A stretch of DNA of 64,000 nucleotides, taken from assembly GCF_018977255.1 (NCBI RefSeq), contig NW_024704742.1, positions 130,636,001 through 130,700,000 on the forward strand, read 5' to 3'. The notes under the pieces were generated by a model, which made no database searches, had not been told where the DNA came from, and saw nothing but the letters and a program-made list of their open reading frames with translations. The position numbers and the translations under genes are program-made. Origin of the DNA: Callorhinchus milii. Lineage: Eukaryota. Below, one piece after another: positions 43,201 through 55,200 of this stretch. The stretch's first letter is position 1; every line of letters begins with the position of its first letter.

Positions 43201-46200
43201 CTCTGTGAGGCGAGTACCCAAATCAACAAGCTTTTTGTGCCAGAGTGGGAACCCTAAAGCATTATTGTTTCAATAATTTCCCATGTGTTACATAATACAT
43301 GAGTTTGTACCTGTAATTCTCGCATAAGTTCCTGATCTCCACTTTATTCTCAATGGATTGTGAATTAGATGCATTTGAGCACTATTGAGTATACAGGAAA
43401 CGATGATGTTTAAATTCACCCACATATCTGAACACCTTTGTGTGGACAGTCCATTTTCTGAGTTTCTTGATAAATTGCAAAACCATTCAAAGAGGGGGAA
43501 AGTGAAAGCACCATCCTCGTCCAGCTCTTTCCAGATCTCAGCAGCGTAACCCAGTGCCTCACGTTCCAGCAGCCAACCATTGACAGTTGATGTCAGTTTA
43601 CAGGAGGTGTTTTGCACCTGTCAGTAGTGCTCAAATATTCAGGGAGAAGTGTACCACTTCCCTATAGATTTCCAGCAATTGGGAAGCTGGTAATCAATCT
43701 CAGCCTAGCATGCCAGGTGCCCTGTGACAGCCTGGTTAGCAAGATTAACAAGTTACTGCCATCTAGCAACCACCCAATGGGGAGGAATTCCCTAAGGCTG
43801 GAGCACAGAGTGGTTGAACCCAACCAATAACAAGCAGATTATGTGAACCCAAGCATGCTCTGTTACCGTCACAAGCTGCCCAAGTCTTTTACCCTGCGTG
43901 TTGCCTCACAAGAATCTGCGTCTCAGCCTTTTCAATCTCCCTCATAGTAGCACTGAATTGTTTGAGATAGTTCAAAAACTGGAATGAGTTGTGCAGATGC
44001 TTTTCAAAATGGGTTATGTTCGTAAATTCGTTTGAACTCAGCATATTTCCTCTTTCTCTCCGCCCCTCCCCCCCAGCCCAGAATCCCGAGCAACTTCTCA
44101 ACTGGTGTCCCATGTGTGCAGAGGACCAGTTATTAATAGTAGCTTGGTTCGGAGGTGTTACTTCCTACATTGCGAAGGCTTCTCGGGGCCAGGTCTCAGT
44201 TGGAGTAAAGAGGCTCCTCTGTTCTAAGTTGAGAGAAAACTCTTGATGAGAAGAACTGCTTCGAGCTACACAGACTCTCCAGGGACTGATATTTATGGCT
44301 GGAAACAGCAATTGCTGGAACTTAAAGAATGATTCACTTAAAGAAACGGGTTCTCCATCCTACTGTCAAATTCACCAGGATGATTCCACGGAACTTAATG
44401 TGTAGCCTGTTAATGCTAATATCTTCTAGTTGTACATTAGCGCTGTTTTAAAGGCGTCAGAAAAGTGCAGTTTGAATGGGAAAATAACACTGCTCTGCAC
44501 CCCAACTGTTAATGAGGACACATTGTGGATTTTACTCTAAAATTGAGCATCTTTGCACAACACAAATTTTGTTCGGCATGTACTTTCATGAAATATGTCC
44601 TTCATTTCTCTCCCACACACACAATTGTTTTGTTTTGAATTATTTAATTGAGGGAGAATTGCTTGGAAATCATACCCTCTAAGGTTCTTGTTTCTGGTCA
44701 GGAAAATCTGTCGTGTAGAACAACTGAATAATGGAATAGAAAATATTGTTGGAGCAAAAAGAAAATCTAAAGCATGTTTTGTTTAATGTAGATTGTCACT
44801 TTAGTACAAATGTTTCTTATTCCCAGGGGCTTGGGGTTCAATTCTACTGCAGATAGTTGGCTGTTAAAGGTATCCAGTATAGTTTGGGAAAATTCATGCA
44901 TTTGCATTTTATATTTGATTATCACGTCGTTGAGATGTCTCAAAGCGATTCACAGAATATACTGTAAACTTAATTGACTGTAATGTTTTGTGGGCGAAAT
45001 GCTTAGAAATCTGTGCTTAGAAAACAAACGTGCCTAAGTTGTGATTACACCCAGAAGCATTCTTCTGTAAATTGGCTGAGTGAATTATTTGAAATCCATC
45101 TTTGTTTTTATCTGCAGTGACTCTTTGTCGCAGTCTTTATCAATATCCAATACAGTTCAAGAATCGACGCATTCTTCCTCTGTGATCAGCTCCTCCAGTT
45201 TGACAACTGCTCAGAGCACTGCTGTGACCCCAACATATGATCAGAATTCAGTGCATAGAATACCTTACCAGAACTCCTTGGTTACATCGCCTCAGAAGGA
45301 ACCACCTTTACAGGTGACTGTGAAAGTAAGCGCTTTAAACTTCAAACTGAGTTTGTCTTATTGGTCTTACAAGACCATTTCATTTATATACTGCGGTTCA
45401 TGTCGAGAGGGTATCTCACGCGCTTAGCAACCTTACTGGGGTCGGGGGGAATTGGTGTTTCGGAGGGACATAAGATAAACTGAAAGCACTGTCTGAGGCA
45501 GGCTTTGAAGTCGAGGCAGGCTTTGCAAGTGGGAGAAAGGAGGAATTCTGGAGGGAGTTCCAGGTAGTGGGGGCAGAACGGATGAAAAAACAGGAAGTAA
45601 AGGGGAAGTAAAGCTTTGTAAGTACAGACTTGGTTGGACTGATAGACAATTAAATTGGTCGAAAGATCTTTCATTTGTAGATTGACGATTGCTTAAAAAA
45701 TAGCAGATGTTTTCTTATGTCTTCATAATCCTAGACCCTCTTGGCAATCCACATGCAAGAACAGCTGCCATTTGGCAACCCACATCTTGAAGTCAGATTT
45801 GACAGGAATTGAGGTTCAGCCCCTATCTTTCACTGTGTCATTGCTGGAATTTTTAACATCAGACTTCCATAGATATCAGTGCCATGATATTCCATATGGA
45901 GGTTTCTGAGGTCATTTGGCTCTGGATTATTTGGAAGAAGGCAATAGAAGTGACCAGGGCTCTGTCTCTCTCCTTGTCCTCCTGAACTTCTCCGCCGCGT
46001 TCGACACAGTCGATCACGCCATCCTCCTCCACCGCCTTTCCTCCGTCATCCACCTCAGTGGGACCGAACTCGCCTGGTTCAAATCTAACCTCACAAACCG
46101 CCAGAAGTACATCTGCACAAACGGCTTTTCCTCCCGCTCTCACCCAGTCACCTGCAGGATACCCCAAGGATCCATCCTTGGCCCCCTTCTCTTTCTGATC

Positions 46201-49200
46201 TACATGCTCCCTCTTGGGGATGTCATCCGCAGACATGGGGTGCATTTCCACATGTATGCAGACGACACTCAACTCTATTTTTCCACCTCACTTTGCGACC
46301 CCCGTATCTCAGGAGCTGGATGAGTGCAAATTTCCTTCAGCTGAACGTTACCAAGACGGAAGCCATACTCTTTGACTCTCGTCAACGTCTAGAATCTCAC
46401 GGTTCTCACCTCCTCCACTTACCTGACCTCCCCCTAAAACTCTCCGAACCCATACGCAACTTAGGCGTCAGGTTCGACGCCCAATTATCCTTCCTCCCCC
46501 ACATCTGGTCCCTCACCAGCATCACTGTCTTACACCTCCAACACATCGCCCATCGCCCAATACCTCTCTCCGAAAGCCGCAGAAACCCTGGTCCATGTCT
46601 TTGTCACCTTTCGGCTGGACTATTCAAATGCCCTCCTCGCCGGCCTCCACTCCACTACCATCCATATAATCCAGATTATTCAAAACTCTGCCGCCCGCAT
46701 TCTCACCCGCACCACATTCTCACTCCGCTCCCTGGTCATCCCAATCCTTGCCAGACTGCACTGGTTGCCTGTTCCAGAGAGGATCGACTTCAAGATCCTC
46801 ACCCTTGTCTTCAAATCCCTCCACTCCTCTGCACCCCCCTACCTCTCTGACCTCTCTCCTCAAAACAATGCTCATTGTCTTCGTTCCTCCGGGTCTGGCT
46901 TCCTCCTTGTCCCCCGAGTCCTCCACTCCACCCTTGGTGGCCTTGCCTTCAGCGACTATGCCCTGAGGCTCTGGAATTCCCTTCCTCACTCCCTTCTCCT
47001 CGCCTCCTCTCTTCCCATTTTCAGGTCTCTGCTGAGGACCTTTCTTTTCGACCGCGTCTTTGGTGACCTTCCTCCCCATCCCCCTGGCTTGGTCCCGGGA
47101 TCCGTTACTGTGATGCGCTCTGAGACGCCGTCCGGCGTGGAGGGCGCTATATAAATCCACGTTGTTGTTGTACTGGAGTTTGTATACATTTGAACACAAG
47201 TAAACCAATTAATTCCAAATATTGGACCCTACTTTTAACTTGTGGCTGGTCATTTTGCTTTCCAGCTCTGCAGTATTTCCTTTATGTAACCATTTGCTAA
47301 ATATAAAATCCTCACAAATTGAATTAGTCTTTCTTGCAATTAGCGTGGGCAGGGTCTTTGACTGAAGCTGAAAACTAATTTGCCACTAAATTTATAGCTT
47401 AATTCTGAGGTCTGGGAAAATGAAATAAGTCATTGGAATAATTAAGCCGCCTTAATTGTTGGAAGAGAGCTGGGATCTTTAACCTGTGCGGTTTTAAATG
47501 TATATTTTGTTTTCAGAATGGCTACAATGGGCACAACAGGACACAACAGACTTTTGAAAGTAAGTAGATGTGTTCATCAAAAAACACATACTTTGATTGT
47601 GCCATGTAATTGAAATTCAAGCCGGGTAGATAAATTTATTGGGACACCGGAAGGAAGAAAAGATATCAAGAATTGTTGATGAACAAGCCCCTTCAGTCCA
47701 TTAGATCTCATCCTTCTAAAGTACTCTCCCTATAATCCTCCCATATCATCTGTTTCTTAAATATCTAATGTTTCGGCCTTTACTACCCTTCCTGGTAACC
47801 AATCCTGCCCTCTGTGTGAAGACAAGTTCTGGGGCTTATTTTAATATTGTCTTTCGAGGGCATCCACCATTTCTCCAAGGTTGAAGAGCTCTCAGTTATC
47901 TTACTGTGACTTACTGTAGTAACGAGAGTATAAATTTGAGGATTAGGATCAGAAGAAAAAAGGGAGAGATCAGCAATATGTTTAATTAGTGTTAGAAAAA
48001 TAATTGAGGGAAAAATCTTGCATGTTCTGGGGAGGGAATGTGATCTGAATAGATGGCTCCAGTGGAAGTTATCACCAGTCCAGGCACGTATGTATAACAT
48101 TGTGAAATGTTACCTTTTTTTCAGCTTCTACATGTCCACCAATAAAATCTGAGTCGCCACCTTTACCAAACGTGGCCTCATTGTCCAGTAGTGTGTCTGC
48201 TGCTTCCTCACTTCTGCCTTCAGTGTCCCAGCACTCTGCTGGCTTGTCCAGCTTGAATCAGACCAATGAATTGTCCAGCAGCGCTCTCTCACAACTCAGC
48301 AGGTACGTAACCAATGAAAGATGTACTAAATATTCAAAATTGTACCTCCTGTTCACTTTCCTTTTAGAGTATGCAGAACTCCTTGCACTGCTAAGTGGTG
48401 CAAGTTGAGCCAATCTACACAGCCTACTGTAGAATTCTGTCGCCTCTTGTTAAAATGGCAATAATGGCACAGTAAGCCAAAAGGTGACAAAACATGAATA
48501 ATTGCCACAATGACACAAATGATCAAGTATCCAGCCCAGCCTGTGGGCTAAAACTGGGGCTAAAACTTTTACCACTTATGCAGGAGTGGAGGAGTCATCC
48601 CGGGCTACCTTTGATCCTAACAGCTCACTTAATCACCATTATCAAAATCCTTGTTGCTTCATGTTGCTTGCTTGCTTCTCAGCCAGACTATGAAGCGACT
48701 TGAAGGCAATAATACTTACAAATGTATACAGATCTTGCATATGTGTTTGCCGTCAGTAAGGTTGTCCTTGTGCGATCAGATTTTCAGTCAGTATGGCACC
48801 ATATATGTTAACTAGGTTAAGCACAGTATTACAGTTTTAAAAGACTAGTTTTTCTTTGAGAAACACTTTAATTGGCAAAATTGAGCAAAACATCAGCATA
48901 TTTATTTTGTAAAAGATAATTATAGCAATTGAGTGCTTGCATTGGGGAGGGGAGTGTGACATATTTTCCTATTTGTTGATCAAATCCATGTAACCTTACA
49001 CTTTAAATAACAATGAAAGTTGCATTAGTCCTGTCAGAAAGGATATATTCTAATTAGACAATTTGTTTTGCTGGCAACATTGACTTCCTTGCCAATGCTG
49101 AAAGATTCAGCATTTACAACAAGAGTCCATGCAGCTAATAACTAATTAGTTTAAAGATAAATGTAGGGAAGACAAAGTCATAGTGAGCATAGAGGGAAAG

Positions 49201-52200
49201 CAGCTAAACAGTGGATAGATTAACCATTGCATATAAAAGCGCACTCATTATTTTTGCAGTTTATGTTCCTGGACTTGCCTGGGGTGTCTTTGGGGGAGGA
49301 GAGAGAGCAAAAAACGGGATATGCTGGAGAAGTATTATAAATAGTGGTTCAGTGCCTCCCCAGGGATAAGAAATTCATTGCCCTGGGCAACATTCTGCAT
49401 TCAGTCTTCCAAGTAGCTGTTATTGACGGATCTTAAAAGAAGGCTGGCTTTTTTTTTCCCCCAATTATTTGTTTGGGGGGCTGGAAATGGTTTATTGGGA
49501 GAGAGAGAATGCAATGTTTTTCAATTGTTTTTAAGAAAAAATCAGGGTTTATGAAATGGCTTAAGATGTTTTCTATATTGAGGCCCTCTGTGGTGCTGGT
49601 TTTATTACAGCTACGTAGTTTTGCCCACAAAATACAGTCAATCTACTTTACAGTATAACCTGTGAAGCGCTTTAAGACATCTCAAAGTTGTGATGATGTG
49701 CTATAATCAAATGCAAGGATTATTATAGTGATCAGGCATGGAAACAGGTCATTGGGTTTATTAACATGAGCCAGCCCCACTCTTCCTGTTCCCTTCTTCC
49801 TTATGTATCATATGAGGTGAATTTACAATCTAAGTGTAAATATTCTTTGCCAAGTTAGACCTCCTGTGCATCCTGACCCCACCACTTCATTAGCCACTAC
49901 TTTGCAAACCTCTAGAACTGCCTGCCTCAATCTCTCTGCCTTGCCCTTTCTTTACCAGTTTTCAGACGACACCGCACAACTTTCCGCCTGACCTGTGCCT
50001 GTGCCTTACACTTTAAATAATAAATGAAAGTTGTATAACATCTGCCAGAAAAGATGCAACAACAACAAGATTCCATTTATAGAGCGCCTTTCACATCGGG
50101 AGGACGTCCCAAGGCGCTGGGATACATCCTAATTAAACAACTTAATTTGTTTTGCTGATAACATTGACTTCCTTGCCAATGTTGAAATGAAGCCAGCCTT
50201 TCTCCCTGGCATGGCATCAAACTGCATCATTGTTCAACGCTCGTATAAATAGTGGTGATTATTGTGATTTAGTTTTAACCAATTTTGTCTTGCAACAAAT
50301 TTTTGTTTAGTTCCTTGTCCAATCATCAAAGCAGCAGCCTGTCCTCTGCCTCCTCCCTAACCTCAAGCACTTCACATGCAGTAAGTACGTTAATGTTTCA
50401 AGCTAAACTATGCCATTGATTAAAAGTGCTCTTCGGACATCATTTTCAACCTTATATTTTTCTTTGTTGGAATAAGGATGTTTAATGATTGATTTCTCTC
50501 ACGACATTTCACTGTTGATAACCTTAAAAAAAGTATTGATGCATAACGTGGCTTATAGGCATACATGCTGAAATACCTTTTTTTAATGACGTTGACACAC
50601 CACGATTACAATGTTTCATGCTAGCTATTTCACTTTGCCTATTAAGCTTTCAGTGAGTTTGTGTCACCGCTAATTCAGCACTGCAATGCTGTCCTGCTCC
50701 TGTGATTTTGTCTGACAGCACACAAGCGTCGACAGCAGTTTGCAGACTTCTCCAACCTTCTCGACCGCTTCGACATCTACTCCAGCGACCACATTGTCAG
50801 TTAATGTCTCCAACAGTCTACATACTGCAAACAGCCTCGGGCTGAGTGTGGCCAGTGTGTCTGTGCCAACTGCTACCACAAGGGCAACACCTCTTGTGTC
50901 TTCAGGTAGAAAACCATCTCCTTTCTAATTGTCTATAGAAGGAGGATTTTGTGAAAATGAAGATAATCCAGTTTATGAAATGCTTTAATACTTGGAAAAG
51001 TATAGTCAACCCTCACTATATTATTTGGATAAAGATGATAACGTTGTTACTTTGATCTGACCAAACTTGCAGTTGGAGAATCCCCTTAATACAGGCAATA
51101 TTTTAAGTGATTTACATTTGTTAAATTTCATAATAATTGCTCATTGGTACTTTTAAACCTATAATTAAAAATCTTTAGGTTGAACTAATGAGGCAGCTGT
51201 GGATAGGCTTAGTGTGTAAGCAGATGCTGTGGATTTAAATTGTACCAGTTGTTGTTCAGAAATTGTTTCTAAGCAGCAAGTCACTGCTTAGAAAGGAATG
51301 ATTCATATCATGCTTGGAGCACCAAAATTAATTCTGCAAAAGAAACTAAACCGTGTATAAATATCTTTTGCACTTTGAGGAAATGTTCGGGTGGGAGGTG
51401 TGTGTGTGGGGGGGAAAACAGCAACTTGCGTTTTAGACACCGTTGAATAATGCAGCTCATTTCTCATTGCAGGAAAGGCTCCACCAAATCTTCCTCAAGG
51501 TGTCCCCCCACTCTTACATAATCAGTACATTGTTGGACCAGGAGGACTGCTGCCTGCATACCCAGTAAGGGTGATGACGTTTCTTCAGTCACAGTCAAGT
51601 TATCAACACTAATTTGTGGATGGAAATTGTGTGATTAAATTTGTCGGCATTCATAAGCTTTGTGTTGCTTTACTTAGTAAACGCGTGTAACTTGTAGGGA
51701 TTGATGATAAATTGTAGTGCAGCCTTTTCAGTGGTTAAGTCCACCGCCAGAAGCGAGTACGAAATCTCCATCTTTTGTTTAACCATCACCTCTCTTTAAT
51801 ACCTTTAGAACTGTTACTGACCAAATCTGACCAGCTCTATGAAACTAAGGACTAGCTCCCAAATCCCTCCACCTCGCTCCCTCTCCATTTTCCAAATCTG
51901 TCTCTCATCTCAAGCTCCACTCTGTCTCTGTAAAGAGCTTTGAGATGTTCTGCTTGAAAGCCCCTATCGAAGCATGAATTGTTATTGTTCATTAGTCAGG
52001 TGCCCTCATTAGTTGTTTCAAATGGGGAGAGAGAGACTGAAAAATAGCCAGAATAGTAACTGGTTACTAAGGAGACCACAAAGTGAGGTTGAACTGCCTC
52101 TCTTTGGAGGGATTGTGATGTGGTTTCTTTTTTCCTTATTCAATAGATCTACGGATATGATGACCTCCAGATGCTTCAGTCCAGACTTCCTATGGTAGGT

Positions 52201-55200
52201 ACACTTATGAATGTTTCATTCATTAAGCAATTCACGTCTAGGCTGACATTCCAGTACAGTGCTGGAGATGTGCTGCTTTTGTTGGAGGTGCCGTCCTTCA
52301 GATGAGACATTAACAATAACAAGAAGATTACATTTGTATAGCGCCTTTCACGTCGTGAGGACGTCCCAAGGCGCTGGACAGAGTACAGCATTTCATATTC
52401 GAGCTGGGGTTGGGGGCGGAAGGGAGGGGAGGCGAAGAGGGGTGGCCGATGGCATGGTCGAAGAGGAGGGTCTTGAGGCGGGACTTGAAGGTGGCTAAGG
52501 AGGGAGTGAGGCGGAGTGACTGGGGGATATAATTCCAGAGGTTGGGGATAGAGTGGCTGAAGGCTCTCCCGCCTTTGGTGGGGTGGGTGGGCCGGGGGAC
52601 GTGGAGCAGCCAGAGCCGGCTGAGTGGAGGGAACGGGCGGGTTGGTAGGGGGTTAGGAGGTCGCAGAGGTAGGGTGGGGCGAGGCCATGGAGGGCTTTGT
52701 ATGTGAGGACCAGGATCTTGAACTGGATCCTCTGAAGGATAGGGAGCCAGTGGAGTCAGGGGAGATGGGGTCACGGAGTTTGGTGAGGGAGAGGACGGGG
52801 CTGCCGAGTTCTGGATTATCTGCAGCCTGTGGAGGGAGGAGTTGGGAAGGCTGACAAGCAGGGGGTTTGCATAGTCGAGCCTGGAGGTGATGAAGGCATG
52901 AACAAGAGTTTCAGGGACCTGAGGGGTGAGGTAGTGGCGGAGTCGGGTGATGTTACGGAGGTGAGGGAAGGCAGAGCGGGTCATGACTTGAAAGTGGGGG
53001 AGAAAAGACAGTTGAGGGTCGAACAAGACACCTGGGTTCCTGACTGGCTTGGTGAGATGTAGTGTGCAAGCATGGAGGTTGATGTTGCCAGAGCCTCAAT
53101 TGCAGAGGCGCTGGCGCGAGCCAATCAGGAGGGCCTCAGTCTTGTTCACATTCAACTGTAGGAAATTTGCCCTCATCCAGGACTTGATATCTGACAGGCA
53201 GTATGTCAGGACAGCAGTGGTCCTGGAGTTGAGGGTGGAGGCAGAAAGATAGATAGAGTTGGGTGTCATCTGCATACATATGCATGTACCCATGTCTGCG
53301 GATGATGTCACCATTAAACAAGCAACAACTGTCCTGCCTGTCTGTCCGGGTGGATGTTAAAGATTCCATAGTACTATTCAAAAAAACAAAGGGTATTTCT
53401 CCTAGTATCCTGGCCAGCAATCTGCCAAATAAAATTGGTCACTCACTCCATGCCTGTTAGTGGGAAATTGCTGTACACAAATTGGGTGCTTGCTGCACTT
53501 TCCCACAAAATATCTATGGCCACAACACTTTACAGTATATCTTGTGAAGCGCTTTGAGATGTCTCGATAAGGTGCTATATCAAATGCAAGAATTATTATT
53601 AATTTGGATAAGGCAGTAATGTTTACACGAATGAAGTTGCCCACTTTTTTATGTTAAAACTCTTGCGCATTTTCAACTAAACTATCAAAGAGAGAGAGAG
53701 TGTGTGCCTTACTGTGGATGTCTACCACGCCCTCAGAAACCTGTTTTCTAATTTTCGTCTCCAGATTTGATTGGCAATTAAGAACTTAATTGTACACGTT
53801 GTCTTTCGCCCCCATAGTAACAGTATGCATGGTTCTTACAATATAATTGCATTTCTGTTCATTTTCATTCAACCAATGCATTGAATCACAGATTTATTTT
53901 CTTATGCTGCATTTCCACTGCTTTCCATGTTTTGCTGCCTTGCTGCGGGCCACAGGATATGATGCCTTGGTGTTGCAAACCTCTCATTGGGGGTTTGCTC
54001 GTCATGTGGGGCTCTTCCAGGGCAGATTTCATTCAATCAATACTTAGATCTGAAGCCCTTGTAGCTCATTTATCACAACTTAACTAATCATTTCACTTTA
54101 TCAGTCGCTTTTATGGTTCACAGACTGATATCCAATATTAAGTGCCTATTATTTCTACATTTTAAAGAATGAGTTTTAAACTAACTTCAAACTGCACTAA
54201 CGATTTGTTTCTGGTTTACAAAGTCAGACTGTGTAATCTTAATTTTGAAGACTCAATGGTTTCTGTTTAACATCATTATTGACTCACAAACTCGCAAAAG
54301 CTGCACATCCATAGCTTGACCTGATTTCTTTCTCCCAATGTTTTCAGGATTATTATGGAATGGCATTTCCTGCTCCAGCTGCAACACTCGCAGGCAGAGA
54401 TGGGAGTCTGGCAAACAACCCCTACTCAGGTGTGTGAATGCTAGATTTGTAAGCGTCAACCTATTGTATATAAGTGAATATATGCCTTCAAAAGAACTGA
54501 AGCAGTTTGGCCCGTCTAGCTAGTGTCTTCCGCGTGTCCTGTACAAGCCTTTCTGCAGACCAGGTCCACCTAGCCAGTCGTGGACTCTAGCACCTAATTC
54601 TCAAAACATAAAGTTCTGCAGAAAGCACCTCTTTGATCCCAAAAGGATTCATTTTTCATTTGTTGTTTACCTGGTGTCACTTCAGAGTTAGATTGCTTTT
54701 GTTAAAACAAATCCTGCTAGCTTTTCTTAAACTATTGATCATTTGTTTGACTTAATGAAATCAAGGCCGTGTTTTATCAAACCCGACGCTGTTTCACTGC
54801 AGTTTAAGTGAGGTGCTGGGCAGATGAATACAATACATTTCACTTGTCAACATTTGTTAGACACCCGACTGACCAAATACAAAGCTTCAGACAACTTCCA
54901 GCTGTGAATTAGTCTGATCTCTGTAGCGTTGAACTTTAAACCATGTATGATCTTTGTTTCAGGTGATCTAACAAAGTTTGGGCGGGGTGACACTGCCTCA
55001 CCTGCTCCAGCTACAACCTTAGCCCAGCCTCAACAAAACCAGACCCAGGCTCATCACACCACACAACAGGCCTTCTTGAACCCAGCTTTGCCACCAGGCT
55101 ACAGTTACACAGGATTACCATACTACACTGGTGTGCCTGGAGTGCCCAGCACATTCCAGTATGGACCTGCCATGTTCGTAAGTAGTTTGTACTTTCTTCA

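Noticed and set aside
43414..43427. Copy 2 guide TTCACCCAC resembles a recalled 28S segment and the SINE motif ttcgcccaca
   Set aside because: Same-sense rather than antisense to 28S, and too short to be meaningful.
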